In this document: positions 1-10,700 of the stretch, piece by piece | Numbering within the stretch: position 1 is the stretch's first letter | Layout: the number at the start of each line of letters is the position of its first letter | IMG/VR virus record: IMGVR_UViG_3300032373_000671 | Span: 1-45,628 of that record | Direction: 5' to 3' (one strand) | DNA: 45,628 nucleotides | Source of the DNA: a virus | Taxonomy: Duplodnaviria; Caudoviricetes | Made by a program: the position numbers and the translations under genes | The notes under the pieces: generated by a model | Databases searched by the model: none | What the model saw: the letters and a program-made list of their open reading frames with translations, nothing else | Told to the model about the DNA's origin: nothing

Positions 1-1828
1 GCGTGCGCACAGCCACGAGATTACCATCGACTTCCCGATCCCCTATTACCAGCAAGTATGGTACACGTTGTAGTGTATGTTCGCGAATTTTAAAGCTTAT
101 CTTCTCATTTCTCAAGTCTGATTTCGCTCTAAGCCCACGTTGCAGCAAGGTTTTGGTCACTTCTTCCACATATTCAGACTGGCGATCGGTAATATTCAGC
201 ACTGCAACATGCTGCGGCGAGAGCCAGGTTGGGAAAAAGCCGGCATGTTCTTCGATCAAAATACCGATAAAACGCTCCAGCGAACCAAGAATAGCGCGAT
301 GCAGCATCACTGGTACCTGCTTAGAACCATCCTCAGCGATAAACTGCGCTTCCAGACGGCCCGGCATCGAGAAATCAACCTGAATCGTGCCGCACTGCCA
401 CACTCGACCCAGGCAGTCTTTCAGTGAAAATTCGATCTTCGGCCCGTAAAATGCCCCTTCACCGGGTTGCAGATCCCAATCCAGTCCCTTGGTATTGAGT
501 GCCTCTTCGAGCGCATGTTCTGCTTTATCCCATACCGCATCATCGCCAACCCGGTTTTCAGGGCGAGTCGAGAGCTTAATAATAATGTCGTTAAAGCCAA
601 AATCTGCATAAACCTTGTAAAGCAGGTCAATAAAGGCTGAGACCTCGCTCTGAATCTGTGCTTCAGTGCAGAAGATATGCGCATCATCCTGCACAAAATT
701 ACGTAGACGCATCAAACCATGCAGCGTGCCCGACGGCTCATTACGCAGACAAGAGCCAAATTCAGCCATCCGCAACGGCAGGTCGCGGTAGCTCTTCAGG
801 CCCTGATTATAAATCTGGACGTGACACGGGCAATTCATCGGCTTAATCGCATAGTCGCGGTTTTCCGAATGGGTGGTAAACATATCGTCACTGAATTTTT
901 CCCAGTGACCAGACTTCACCCACAGCGACTTATCGACCACCTGTGGTGTACGCACCTCAGAATAATCATTCTGCTTCAGTACATTACGAATGTATTGCTC
1001 AACTTCACGATAGATTGTCCAGCCGTTGTCGTGCCAGAAAATCATCCCTGGTGCCTCTTCCTGGGTATGATACAAATCTAGCTTCTTAGCGATCTTGCGG
1101 TGGTCTCGCTTGCCGGCCTCTTCAAGGCGGTGCAGATAGGCCTTAAGCGCCTTTTTGTCTTTCCACGCCGTGCCGTAGATGCGCTGTAACATTTCATTGT
1201 TTGAATCGCCACGCCAATAGGCACCGGCCAACTTCATCAATTTAAAGTGCTTTAGCTTGCCGGTACTCGGCGCATGCGGGCCGCGGCAGAGATCGATAAA
1301 ATCACCCTGCTGATAGAGCGATAGATCTTCATTAGCCGGAATCGCTTCAATCAACTCTGCTTTGTACGCTTCACCCAGGCCACGGAAAAACTCGATCGCC
1401 TCTTCACGCACCATCACACTACGGGTGATCGGCAAGTTTTGAGAGACAAGGTCGCTCATCTTCTTTTCAATCGCAGTTAGGTCTTCTGGCGTGAAGCTCT
1501 TTTCATAAGCAAAATCATAATAGAAGCCATCTTCAATCACCGGGCCAATCGTCACCTGTGCCGATGGAAATAGTGATTTCACCGCCTGTGCCAACAGATG
1601 AGCGGTCGAGTGACGGATGATTTCCAACCCCTCTTCATCACGCTCAGTAATGATCACAACACTGACATCTTTTTCGATCAGGAATGAGGCGTCAACCAAT
1701 TCACCATCAACCTTGCCCGCCAGGGTTGCTTTGGCAAGCCCAGCACCGATCGATGCGGCCACATCCATCAGGGTGATTGCTTGGTCGTATTGGCGTTGAC
1801 TACCGTCTGGAAGCGTTACTGTAGGCAT
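1..1828 (-). CDS. thrS: Threonyl-tRNA synthetase (3' end runs off window)
   Basis: Minus-strand read from ATG at 1828 gives [14 protein letters not shown] (TGS domain). Near position 1 it reads [30 protein letters not shown] (anticodon-binding domain). Absent from ORF track because there is no stop in the window. Confidence 0.97.
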   Translation of the reverse strand, partial: MPTVTLPDGSQRQYDQAITLMDVAASIGAGLAKATLAGKVDGELVDASFLIEKDVSVVIITERDEEGLEIIRHSTAHLLAQAVKSLFPSAQVTIGPVIEDGFYYDFAYEKSFTPEDLTAIEKKMSDLVSQNLPITRSVMVREEAIEFFRGLGEAYKAELIEAIPANEDLSLYQQGDFIDLCRGPHAPSTGKLKHFKLMKLAGAYWRGDSNNEMLQRIYGTAWKDKKALKAYLHRLEEAGKRDHRKIAKKLDLYHTQEEAPGMIFWHDNGWTIYREVEQYIRNVLKQNDYSEVRTPQVVDKSLWVKSGHWEKFSDDMFTTHSENRDYAIKPMNCPCHVQIYNQGLKSYRDLPLRMAEFGSCLRNEPSGTLHGLMRLRNFVQDDAHIFCTEAQIQSEVSAFIDLLYKVYADFGFNDIIIKLSTRPENRVGDDAVWDKAEHALEEALNTKGLDWDLQPGEGAFYGPKIEFSLKDCLGRVWQCGTIQVDFSMPGRLEAQFIAEDGSKQVPVMLHRAILGSLERFIGILIEEHAGFFPTWLSPQHVAVLNITDRQSEYVEEVTKTLLQRGLRAKSDLRNEKISFKIREHTLQRVPYLLVIGDREVDGNLVAVRT

Positions 1829-1857
1829 TGGCGACTCTGTTCTATCGGGCTATATAC

Positions 1858-1892
1858 AAAAAGGCACCGTATATCGCGTGATAAACAGTGCC
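1858..1892 (-). terminator. Intrinsic terminator-like hairpin, originally downstream of tRNA-Val
   Basis: Minus strand GGCACTGTTTATC-ACGC-GATATACGGTGCC followed by TTTTT, immediately after the CCA end of the att copy. Confidence 0.7.
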
Positions 1893-1900
1893 GAGAAATC

Positions 1901-1952
1901 TGGTAGACGCGATTGGATTCGAACCAACGACCCCCACCATGTCAAAGTGGTG
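1901..1952. repeat. Left prophage att site: 52-bp copy of tRNA-Val 3' half
   Basis: TGGTAGACGC...CAAAGTGGTG is identical to 44955-45006. Confidence 0.97.
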
Positions 1953-2028
1953 GTTGCTACGCTGTAAGGTTTTGTTTTCAAAAGAAAACAGCACCCTTTT
2001 CGACTCATACCGCGTTACTGATTCGGGC

Positions 2029-2057
2029 ATTATATATCAAAGGGTTACAATTGGAAA
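2029..2057 (-). promoter_or_regulatory. Putative sigma70 promoter pointing out of the prophage toward thrS
   Basis: Minus strand TTTCCA-17 nt-TATAAT followed by GC-rich GCCCG. Confidence 0.55.
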
Positions 2058-2250
2058 TAGGCCGCTGTCAAACCAGCTTTTAAGCTCTATACAGCCCTGC
2101 ACCGCTCTATATATAGCACTCTTAAACTGCTGCGAGTATCTGGTTCGTAGCCAAGTACGCCCAATCCCGCTTCACCCTAGAAAATCAACCACTTACCTAT
2201 TCCCGATTGTACTATTCGGCTCGCTGGTCGTCGCCTGTAACGCCTTGATT
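2035..2250. promoter_or_regulatory. attP arm: three IHF consensus sites and integrase arm-type-like motifs
   Basis: WATCAANNNNTTR matches at 2035-2047, 2183-2195 and (reverse) 2238-2250. GCTGTCAAAC (2064-2073) and AAACTGCTG (2124-2132) match the repeats at 44869-44898. Confidence 0.6.
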
Positions 2251-2294
2251 CTGTTGGGGCGCGGGTTGCTGAATAGTACAGTTTTGAGGTGTTC

Positions 2295-3134
2295 ATGAGC
2301 ACTATTTTACATCCTGTTATGAGGTACCACGGGGCCAAGTTCAGGCTTGCACCCTGGGTGATGTCATTTTTTCCAGAGCATTACACCTATGTTGAGCCGT
2401 TTGGTGGGGCAGCTGGCGTTCTGCTTCAAAAATCGCGATCGCTAAGTGAGGTCTACAACGACCTAGATGGCGATATCGTCAATGTCTTTCGTGTATTGCA
2501 GGACAGAGCCCTTGCTGATGAGTTAATCAACAAACTGCTAGTAACGCCATACGCCCGCGCCGAATTCAATATTAGCTACGAGCCAACTGAAGACATAGTG
2601 GAGCAGGCAAGGCGAACGCTGATTCGAGCACATCAAGGCTTTGGATCCGCAGGCGCAACCAAGCAGCGCACCGGCTTTAGGATTGATAGCGCGAGAAAAT
2701 ACGGCACAGCCGCCCACCTATGGGCCAAGTACCCCGCCCAAATTGCCGCTTTTGTCGATCGACTGCAGGCGGTAGTCATCGAAAACAAGGCAGCGGGCGA
2801 GATTATTGATAATCACGATCGCGAAGACACGCTTTTCTTTGTGGATCCGCCTTACGTGCAATCAACCAGAGTTACGCGATCGGGTGGCTACTATAACCAT
2901 GAAATGTCAGATGACGACCACATTAAATTAATAGACCAATTGCTTCAGGTTTCCGGCTTTGTCGTCCTTTCTGGCTATGACAGTGAAATGTACAACGACA
3001 TGTTGGCAGGCTGGGACAAGCGATCGACAACTGCGCGGATCAGCGCGGGACGAGGCGCAGGCATCCGCACCGAAAATATATGGCTGAACCCTGCTTGCAG
3101 CGCCCTGCAGCAGCAATCGCAAATGTTCATATAA
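2295..3134 (+). CDS. DNA adenine methyltransferase (Dam/D12 class, orphan)
   Basis: RYHGAK, YVEPFGGAA (SAM motif I), VYND and catalytic DPPY. GAGG RBS before ATG 2295. Confidence 0.92.
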   Translation: MSTILHPVMRYHGAKFRLAPWVMSFFPEHYTYVEPFGGAAGVLLQKSRSLSEVYNDLDGDIVNVFRVLQDRALADELINKLLVTPYARAEFNISYEPTEDIVEQARRTLIRAHQGFGSAGATKQRTGFRIDSARKYGTAAHLWAKYPAQIAAFVDRLQAVVIENKAAGEIIDNHDREDTLFFVDPPYVQSTRVTRSGGYYNHEMSDDDHIKLIDQLLQVSGFVVLSGYDSEMYNDMLAGWDKRSTTARISAGRGAGIRTENIWLNPACSALQQQSQMFI

Positions 3135-3166
3135 CCCACCATTCACCCCACTCAGGAGTAGTAACG

Positions 3167-3370
3167 ATGACCAAAATAATAATCACAGGGTGCGGGGCAC
3201 CGTCTGCAGCTGCTGCCCTTGCATCGTTACTGGCGCTTGAAGGCGAGTTCGCTGTAGTTGCCCAGCCGACTATAGAGCTTCGCCCGATAGAAGACGTCGA
3301 TACGCGCCATCTCATCGAACCCAGAGACAAGCGCCCGTATTTTCGGCGATTTGAAAAGCGGAGGCGTTAA
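3167..3370 (+). CDS. Hypothetical phage protein
   Basis: AGGAG RBS before ATG 3167; basic C-terminus; co-oriented in operon. Confidence 0.65.
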   Translation: MTKIIITGCGAPSAAAALASLLALEGEFAVVAQPTIELRPIEDVDTRHLIEPRDKRPYFRRFEKRRR

Positions 3371-3372
3371 GC

Positions 3373-3600
3373 ATGCCCACCAATCGCCAAGCCCTGCTAC
3401 CACGCGATAAAAGCGGCAATCCCGTTGAAGCGTTCGGCGGCTTTCCTGGCTATGGCCACCTGTGCCGAGTCGCTGATAAGCGTACCCATAGGCTTGCACT
3501 TGAGTCCATTAGACCAGGCGGGAGTATCACACTAAAAGAGGCTTTAGCAGCTGCATACGTTCAAGGGCTGCTTGACGCTGTTATTTCAACAAACGAATAA
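3373..3600 (+). CDS. Hypothetical phage protein
   Basis: GGAGG RBS; tightly packed after previous gene. Confidence 0.65.
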   Translation: MPTNRQALLPRDKSGNPVEAFGGFPGYGHLCRVADKRTHRLALESIRPGGSITLKEALAAAYVQGLLDAVISTNE

Positions 3601-3650
3601 CCCCACCCGACCGGGGCCGAGGTCGGGAAATCAACGAGAGAGATAACACA

Positions 3651-3995
3651 ATGCCAGATAACACAGAAGTAGCAGTCGCAGCAGTAAAAACAGCCCCAAC
3701 CATCGGCCGCGTAGCTTGGTACCGACCGAGAGAGGATGAAAAGAAGCTTATCGCGAACGATGGCATTCAGCCTTGCGCGGCTTTGGTTGCTTACGTTCAC
3801 GGCGAACGCATGGTTAATCTGTCCGTTCACGACATGTACGGCTATGCGCACTCAGTACGCTCTGTATCGTTCCATCACGGCGACGCAAGTGAATGCCCTC
3901 CTGGCTCATGCTGCTGGATGCCATATCAGCAAAAGTTGGCAGCAAAAGTCGCTGCTGAAGAAGCCGCATGCGAAGGCACCGAAGAAGCCGCTTAA
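3651..3995 (+). CDS. Hypothetical phage protein (PTIGRV...WMPYQ type)
   Basis: PTIGRVAWY, QPCAALV, VNLSV and WMPYQ motifs typical of a small phage protein family. Confidence 0.8.
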   Translation: MPDNTEVAVAAVKTAPTIGRVAWYRPREDEKKLIANDGIQPCAALVAYVHGERMVNLSVHDMYGYAHSVRSVSFHHGDASECPPGSCCWMPYQQKLAAKVAAEEAACEGTEEAA

Positions 3996-4052
3996 CCCAC
4001 AACCACCAATAACTCCCGGTGGGCTCTGCCTGCCGGGTACAGGAGAAATACC

Positions 4053-4694
4053 GTGTCAGATTCATCTATCGAGAAAGAGATTCAAGAAAAAGGCTTAACA
4101 GCGCCACGTATTACGCCAGAGCGCATTCAGGAGATTATCAAGTCTGAGGCTTATCACGTATTCACAGAATCACAACTCACTGTCTGCTGTTTGACGCTTG
4201 AGAATGGTTTTACTGTTACCGGTGAAAGTGCCTGCGCAAGCCCTGAAAACTTCGACGCTGAAATTGGTCAGAAGATTGCCAAGGCAAACGCAGCCAATAA
4301 AATCTGGGCGCTAGAAGGCTATTTACTCAAGCAGCGCTTGCATGATGCGGCCTATGAGCAGGTAAATATTGCCCGCGTTTGCCATGAGGTGAACCGTGCC
4401 TACTGTGAATCGTTGGGTGATACGAGCCAGCCCGCATGGGAGTACGCCCCAGAATGGCAGCGTCAAAGCGCTATCTTAGGTGTTTCTTTTCATTTATCGA
4501 ACCCTGACGCTGGCCCAGATAATTCCCATAATGAGTGGATGAAAGAAAAAGCGTCAAACGGCTGGACTTATGGCCCAGTCAAAAACGAGACCAAAAAAGA
4601 GCATCCATGCTTTGTTCCTTATGACGATCTACCGCAAGAACAGAAGGCAAAGGACTTTCTTTTTCGCGGTACCGTTCACGCAATGGCAGCCTAG
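4053..4694 (+). CDS. Gp49 (N4 Gp49/Sf6 gp66)-like domain fused to RyR-like domain
   Basis: N-term TAPRITP...LENGFTVTGESACASPENFD...WALEGY; C-term HNEWM...GWTYGPVK...KEHPCFVPYDDLP. Confidence 0.85.
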   Translation: MSDSSIEKEIQEKGLTAPRITPERIQEIIKSEAYHVFTESQLTVCCLTLENGFTVTGESACASPENFDAEIGQKIAKANAANKIWALEGYLLKQRLHDAAYEQVNIARVCHEVNRAYCESLGDTSQPAWEYAPEWQRQSAILGVSFHLSNPDAGPDNSHNEWMKEKASNGWTYGPVKNETKKEHPCFVPYDDLPQEQKAKDFLFRGTVHAMAA

Positions 4695-4770
4695 CCCCCT
4701 ACCCCGCCCCTCAGACCATCGAGGGGCTTAATTTAAATATGGGATTTCCCCATGTTTAACTCACTGGAGA

Positions 4771-5052
4771 ATGACAATGGCAAAACGTAAAACCAAAGCA
4801 CAGCGCGAAACAGAACAGAAAGCGGCACTACGTCAGCGCGTGGCTGATATTGCTACCGGTGCGGCTGGGTATGAGTTTGACTGTCAGGGTGAGTTTTCAA
4901 CGGCTGAGATGCTGTCTCGATTTATTCCGGCGCTAAAGGTGCAGTTTGACGAAGAAGGTAGGTCACATCTTTGGAATGCTGGAAATCTCAACAACTACGA
5001 AAACATCGATAGTACAGCTGATTTTCTGTGGGAATACGGGGTTAGGGCATGA
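4771..5052 (+). CDS. Hypothetical phage protein
   Basis: GGAG RBS; ATGA overlap with next gene. Confidence 0.7.
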   Translation: MTMAKRKTKAQRETEQKAALRQRVADIATGAAGYEFDCQGEFSTAEMLSRFIPALKVQFDEEGRSHLWNAGNLNNYENIDSTADFLWEYGVRA

Positions 5053-5357
5053 CCCCACGCCTCCTACACTTGCATTTAACTTTCAAGTATTTCGATGAAA
5101 TCAAGGCTGAAACAAAGCCCGAGGAGTACCGTGATTATGAAAAATGGCGGGAAAAGATCGAGGGCAAGGAATTTGACGGTATCAGGCTTTACCGCGGTTA
5201 CGAGAAAGCAGGCCCAGATACGGTGATGGATAAACCGTGGCGCGGGTATACGGTCAAGACCATCACTCACCCGCATTTTAAAAATGTGCCTAAGAAGGTT
5301 TTTGTGATTCCGGTACTAGATGTTCCGACACAAGGAACCCGCCATGTCGAAAACTAA
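5049..5357 (+). CDS. ASCH/PUA-like domain protein
   Basis: L-H-L...YFDEIK...K.EEYR...W..., RGY and ITHPHF pattern of phage ASCH-like proteins. Confidence 0.7.
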   Translation: MTPRLLHLHLTFKYFDEIKAETKPEEYRDYEKWREKIEGKEFDGIRLYRGYEKAGPDTVMDKPWRGYTVKTITHPHFKNVPKKVFVIPVLDVPTQGTRHVEN

Positions 5358-5610
5358 CAACAAGTGCGGCTCCTGCGCCCTCTGGCGCGTGGCGCTCTAC
5401 CATCCGGTAGGCCATTGCCACCTAAACGGCGTGAAGGTTACTATGGGCGCTCACAAAAAAGCGTGTGGGGGATATGATGACGGATCTCAATCAAATATGG
5501 GTGTGCACGGATTGCCAGTACACCACGCCAAAAAACGAGGAAAAGTGCAGCCAATGCGGCGGCGTCATGGAAGAGTTGGGGGACGAAGGTTGCGACCTGG
5601 TACCGCCTAG
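5344..5610 (+). CDS. Hypothetical Cys-containing protein
   Basis: AAGGA RBS and CGSC motif. Overlaps the alternative ORF 5474-5647. Confidence 0.45.
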   Translation: MSKTNNKCGSCALWRVALYHPVGHCHLNGVKVTMGAHKKACGGYDDGSQSNMGVHGLPVHHAKKRGKVQPMRRRHGRVGGRRLRPGTA

Positions 5611-5647
5611 TATTGTTTTGCCGCTTCAATCAACCACGCGTCACTAG
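5474..5647 (+). CDS. Small zinc-ribbon protein
   Basis: WVCTDC...KCSQCGG two CxxC knuckles; GGGGGA upstream. Confidence 0.55.
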   Translation: MMTDLNQIWVCTDCQYTTPKNEEKCSQCGGVMEELGDEGCDLVPPSIVLPLQSTTRH

Positions 5648-6036
5648 CCCTTCTTAATAGCACTACCACCAAACACACGAACAGCCCAATAGGCATACTG
5701 TGCACGCAACCAAGGCATGCCATCGGCTCGACAAATTCGCTTCATGATTTTATCCGCTGGCTTGCGCCACTTCTTATCCAGATGCCCGTTACGAATCAGC
5801 TGATACAAAGCATCATGAACGAGTGATCCGCGCATGAAATCCTCGGTGTCGATCGCAGGCCCACTTGGCCCATCCCACGAATACCCATCAGAGATATACA
5901 GACTCCCACCGCGGTCAATGTGCATGTAATCGGTAATAATCCGACCGGGTAGCTTCATGCCGGTGTCTTCCACATGCGGCACGGTCAATTTATATGGCCA
6001 CTTGCCGCCCTGCTTTGTGTAGTGGATTTTTATCAT
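5644..6036 (-). CDS. DUF1353-like protein
   Basis: GYSWDGPS...SLVHDALYQ...AD...AVRVFG motif pattern. Confidence 0.8.
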   Translation of the reverse strand: MIKIHYTKQGGKWPYKLTVPHVEDTGMKLPGRIITDYMHIDRGGSLYISDGYSWDGPSGPAIDTEDFMRGSLVHDALYQLIRNGHLDKKWRKPADKIMKRICRADGMPWLRAQYAYWAVRVFGGSAIKKG

Positions 6037-6281
6037 GGATATGGCCTCCCAAGCACCTTTTCATCAATAATGCTTTCAGTTCGCGATACTCGAGTTTCTA
6101 AAGAATCAATACGATTACCATCCACACGTTGAGACGTTGCCACCTCAAAAAGACTAGCCTTAATATCTTCGATTGAGGTAGCCACCCACAGAATCGATGT
6201 CAGTATTAACGCAGTAAGAATGTTGTTAATTTTGATTCCGTTCTCAGCCGGTCTATCTTTGACTTCTTGTGGTTCAGGCAT
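6033..6281 (-). CDS. Single-TM plus coiled-coil protein, possible holin
   Basis: Hydrophobic ILTALILTSILWVA followed by a heptad-like region; located after the tail fibre. AAGGA RBS before ATG 6281. Confidence 0.55.
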   Translation of the reverse strand: MPEPQEVKDRPAENGIKINNILTALILTSILWVATSIEDIKASLFEVATSQRVDGNRIDSLETRVSRTESIIDEKVLGRPYP

Positions 6282-6338
6282 GCTCTTTCCTTTTTCGGGC
6301 AACAAGAAACTCGCTCATGGCGGGTTCGAAAATTTTAA

Positions 6339-7724
6339 TTACTGTATCTTATAGCTACCTGAGACGATCATCTCGCCTGACGCGCCCATCTCAGTGTGCG
6401 TGAGTGGTGTCGCCCCTGTAGTGACGTCAGATACTTCGATGTTAATCTGCGAGCTAAGCGGGTTGATATACCCTGAGAGCGAGTGCCCCGCAGAAATCGC
6501 CATATTGCGCGGCCTCGCAACCGTCACTGCTTGGCGTACAGTACTTCTACTTGGATGCGGGAGACCCGTGAGGATTATCGGGTCTATTGTCTCGCCGCCG
6601 AGAGATGTCATACCTAAATCAATAGTGAAGTGAGCCATTCGCCCATCCCGCACATATGTGGCACCGTATCCAAACGTAGCTGCGCTCCCCGCAAGCCCCA
6701 CAGTGAGACCATCATCTTCATACCCGGGGTATTTATTACCTGGTGTGTATTCAGCAAGAAACCAACGCGCGTTATCATAGTTAACAAACACACCGACACT
6801 TCCGGGCGTTACGTTTAGATTCTTGCTATTCGGTAGTATTAGATCAGTCGCATGGTGCGACAACACAGGCGATCCCGTGAATCGAACTTTTATTGACGTC
6901 CCAATACCTGCGTGACCTAGAGAGTCAATCGTCGCCGATCCGGTCACGTTTACAAGATTGCCATCGACACCTAAAAATATTGACGTTGCAGAGGCAATAT
7001 CCTCGCCTCGATCTAGATATAGAGTGCCAGTTACCCCCAAAGAAGCGTTTGCCACCACAACACCGTTAAAGACCGCCATTGAACCAACAAGCAGTGTGCT
7101 CGTTGTGGACACGGGGATGTCAAAATCACCAGTACCCGCCCCAGCAAATCCAGCAGCCTCCACCGCTGATGCCGCTGCTGCTATCTTGGATGCCTCCGCC
7201 TCCACTGCCGAAGCAGCTGAGTCAACATAAAGTTTGATATTGCCACTGACATCAAAGCCGAATATTGTCGATGCTCGCTCTGCTGCTACTGGGATAATCA
7301 GTGAATAATCATCAGGGTCATCGGTTGACGATATCTTTATTGATCGATCGATCTCATTCTGTTGCTGTTGAGCAATCAGTGCCAATCGATCCATTGCTTT
7401 CTCTTGTGTCTCAGGAAAAGACGACCCCTGATTTTTAAGGTCGGCTTTCTGAGTAATCTTGAGAACGGGCCGGATAGATAAGCCTTGCCCCGTTGCAAGA
7501 TTGCCAGCCGTTAGAATAACCGAACCACCGTTACGATTACCGATGCCAGTTACACTGAAATCAATGCCAACAGTGAGTTTTGTTTCGACGCCAGTAGCAA
7601 CATTGGACTGCACCACATACAAGTCAGCCTCTTCAATGACGGATGTTGCAAACCCCCACGGGTATGTATCTGTAGAGTCATCACCAAGGTAACGCAGTGG
7701 TTTTATAAAACTAGCAACTGTCAT
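6339..7724 (-). CDS. Tail fibre / receptor-binding protein
   Basis: T7 gp17-like N-terminal anchor (YLGD...EADLYV...EKAMDRLALIAQQ), Ala-rich linker, beta-rich C-terminus ending SGSY. Confidence 0.85.
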   Translation of the reverse strand: MTVASFIKPLRYLGDDSTDTYPWGFATSVIEEADLYVVQSNVATGVETKLTVGIDFSVTGIGNRNGGSVILTAGNLATGQGLSIRPVLKITQKADLKNQGSSFPETQEKAMDRLALIAQQQQNEIDRSIKISSTDDPDDYSLIIPVAAERASTIFGFDVSGNIKLYVDSAASAVEAEASKIAAAASAVEAAGFAGAGTGDFDIPVSTTSTLLVGSMAVFNGVVVANASLGVTGTLYLDRGEDIASATSIFLGVDGNLVNVTGSATIDSLGHAGIGTSIKVRFTGSPVLSHHATDLILPNSKNLNVTPGSVGVFVNYDNARWFLAEYTPGNKYPGYEDDGLTVGLAGSAATFGYGATYVRDGRMAHFTIDLGMTSLGGETIDPIILTGLPHPSRSTVRQAVTVARPRNMAISAGHSLSGYINPLSSQINIEVSDVTTGATPLTHTEMGASGEMIVSGSYKIQ

Positions 7725-7753
7725 GATGATTCTCTACGCTGGAATTTTAACCA

Positions 7754-7788
7754 AGCGTAGAGATTTGACCGCTACCGAGTTAGTGCCA
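7754..7788 (-). promoter_or_regulatory. Putative late promoter (TGGCACTAAC-19 nt-TACGCT)
   Basis: Same 10-mer and same spacing to a TAnnnT hexamer as at 27999-28033. Confidence 0.5.
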
Positions 7789-7791
7789 CCG

Positions 7792-10700
7792 CTATTCTGC
7801 CTCTGGCCCAGTAAGCACCCTGACTGGATTTTCTGTATCACCTTCGCTGATGGCTAAAATGCCATTTGCAGTACGCTGAGTCTGACTGGCTGGATAGTGA
7901 AATAAGATCCCGCCGACTTTGTTTAAGGTTTGAACCAGTGACTGATCGACTTCACCTTGAGCGGCTTGCTTGTACAGCTTTCCAAGTTCGGCAATGAACG
8001 CGCTACCTGAAGGGCCGTCATAATCAAAACCTGAAACAAGACCACCAAGCTCACGAAATCCAACGAGCACACCGAGCGCATAGCCTACCTGATCCTTGGC
8101 GGCATTCTCTGCAATACATTCAAGATCACCATCGCACTCATTGCGAATCAGCTCATACATCATGGTCGCCAACAAAGCAGGAACCGTGTACAGCATGAGC
8201 ATATCTGAGGCCAAGCGACCAACAGACAACGGGTCTTTGAATCTGGCCTTATCAATACTTTCAGCCGTTCGGTTATAGGTCACATTGAAATAGCTGTAGA
8301 AGTTCGTCCAAAGTCTTAGCCATTGGTTACCACGCTGAATACGTGCAAGGTCTTTAATCTGACCGCCACCTTGAGAATCAATGACGGCTTGATCGGCTAA
8401 TGCAATCGCTCGTTTCTCATCATTGCCTTCGTGTATTGCTTTTTCATAACCACCAAGCCACGTCGGAATATCAGCGATCAACTGCGCTTTAACGATGAAC
8501 CAAAAGTAAGTTTCTTCTACCGCAGTGATTGCCCTGCTTTTCTTGAGTCGATTTCTAATCTCACTGATTTCACGCTGCATCGTTTTACCACGAAGGCGCA
8601 TGAAGTCAGACTGATCGTATATCCGTTGCGCGGTGTTCTCCATGCCAGCGGTATCAGTCAGCCAGCGCGATATGCCCTTGGCAACCCACTTGCCACCAAT
8701 ACGCGTGACCGATTGCGATAGACCAATTGGCTGGAGCATGGCAGTCGTCACCGACCACCCCATATAGGCAATAGTTGCACCGGTACGAAGCCAGCCAACA
8801 CCACTTTCAACCATGTCTTGAGCCGGAATATTACCAGCGGCTACGTCACTAATGGCATCACGAAGCAACGCGTGAACCTCATGACCATGATTCTCAATCA
8901 CCGACTTCTGAAATCGGTGGTTACCCATCACCCGGTGCGTATCAACCAGGTACTCATGAAAAGCGAGATCATGAATCACTTGCTCTACGTGCTCAGTGAT
9001 AACACCAAAATCAAGCCGGACGGGCATTTTAACGCCCCGCACACGCTCCTTGGTGTGACCTCTTCGCGTAGACGCCTTGCTGTATAGCCCCTTCAATGAT
9101 TGATCGGCAGCCTCTTTTGCGCGATCTGCATAAGCACGAGGACTCTGCTTTTCATCATACTTCAGTGGAAAGTAACCACCTTTCAACTCTCCAAATCGAG
9201 TGATAACCGGCACGGCCTCAACTTTCTTCGGCGTTACACCGGTCAGGCGTCGCTCTTTTTCAGCGATCTGTGGCCAGTATTCATTGATGTAATCCCACAT
9301 GCCTTGAACAAAATCGAAATCTCTTTTATCCAGGGTCTTGAGAATGGCGTCAACTTGCTCAGGACTCCAGCCGTAACCATCCATAATGCGATCGCGATTG
9401 TCTTGATTACCCCAATTAAGCGCGACCATCAAACGCCCCATCTTGGAAAGACTTCGATCAATCTCGGGAATATATTTCTTCTGGTACAACTCGGAAGTGA
9501 TGGCGCCACCCGATAATGTACCCACAACTTTCTTCATTTCATCAGCCTTGCTTTCAAGCGGATCAAACAATTCAATCAGGCGCTTTGTCGCCTTCTCTCG
9601 CTCGACGGCTTCAAAGTCACCGGACTCATTCAACGGACGCATGAACAATTCCCAGAGGGGGCCACCATCTTTGTGACCATCCATCTGGCGAATAACAGAC
9701 CCCATCTTTCGATGTGATGCCAGGAAGCCGCGAACAAATTGACCGGCTTCGCTTTCGGGAAGGCGGGTTTCAATATCAATAACCTTTTTCCCGCGTGAAT
9801 GCTCCTCGATGGTTTCAACTGCCTCATTAATCCGAGCGTTCATTTCTCGTGCGTCAGCTGATCGCATCATTTTATTCTTGAGCCTGCCAAGGTGCTCAAT
9901 GTTTTTAATGCTGTCATTCAGGCCACGAAGCGCTTCAAGGGGAATATCTTTGTAATGACGTTTCTGTATGTCGCCAAGCAGCCGATCATCAATAACGGGT
10001 TCTAATCCCTGTTCGGATTGCTCATCGATCCATTGTTGTAATTTCTTACGCTTATCGATGCTTTTCAGGCTAACTGCTTTGCGAAGATCGAATTTCTCAA
10101 GAATTGAATCAATCTGATCCAAGTAATCAGGATCAACCTTCTTTCTCACATTGGCGCTATTGAATTTATTCAGGTAGCGAACTGTTTTATCAATCTCGTT
10201 TTTGCTTTCCTTTGCCGCGCGGTAGAAATGAGCATTAAGCACCTGTGCTCGCTTGTGCTGTGCCGCCGCTTCCATGTCACCCGACTGTAGCGACTTCCAC
10301 GCGTTACGCCCTGCACGGGCTTCAGCGGAAGAGTATTGAGCCGGTTTAATGTCTCGCACACGTTTACGCGCAAGAGATTCTTCAGCGTGCGCCTTGGCAG
10401 CCTTAGCCAATACATTCACACCACCAACACGCTTGTTAAGTGCTTTCAATTCGGAATGAACAAATCGCAAACGGGTTTCATTATGAATCGCTTCGTTGGC
10501 CGCTTTATCAATCGCCTTTTCAGTTTCAATATCACCATAGCGCTCAATCATTCGCTGATTAGTTAGATCCTCAATCACTTCTTTTGGTGGTGCCACGTCA
10601 ATCAGGCGACGCACCATTTCATCACCAGAGGTAAAGCCAAACCGTTCAGCCACTAAATCAGGGTGAACGCCCTCTTTTTTTGCCACCATGCCGGACTTAC

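Noticed and set aside
1901-1952. Second tRNA-Val gene
   Set aside because: Only the 3' 52 nt are present; D arm and 5' acceptor strand are missing.
3-2298. Short ORF-track entries over thrS and the att region
   Set aside because: Shadow frames of thrS, or translations of the tRNA fragment and att arm.
5644-7724. Diversity-generating retroelement as in BPP-1
   Set aside because: No reverse transcriptase ORF and no template/variable repeat pair seen.
7779-7788. Sigma54 promoter from TGGCAC (also 28024-28033)
   Set aside because: No TTGC -12 element at the required spacing in either copy.
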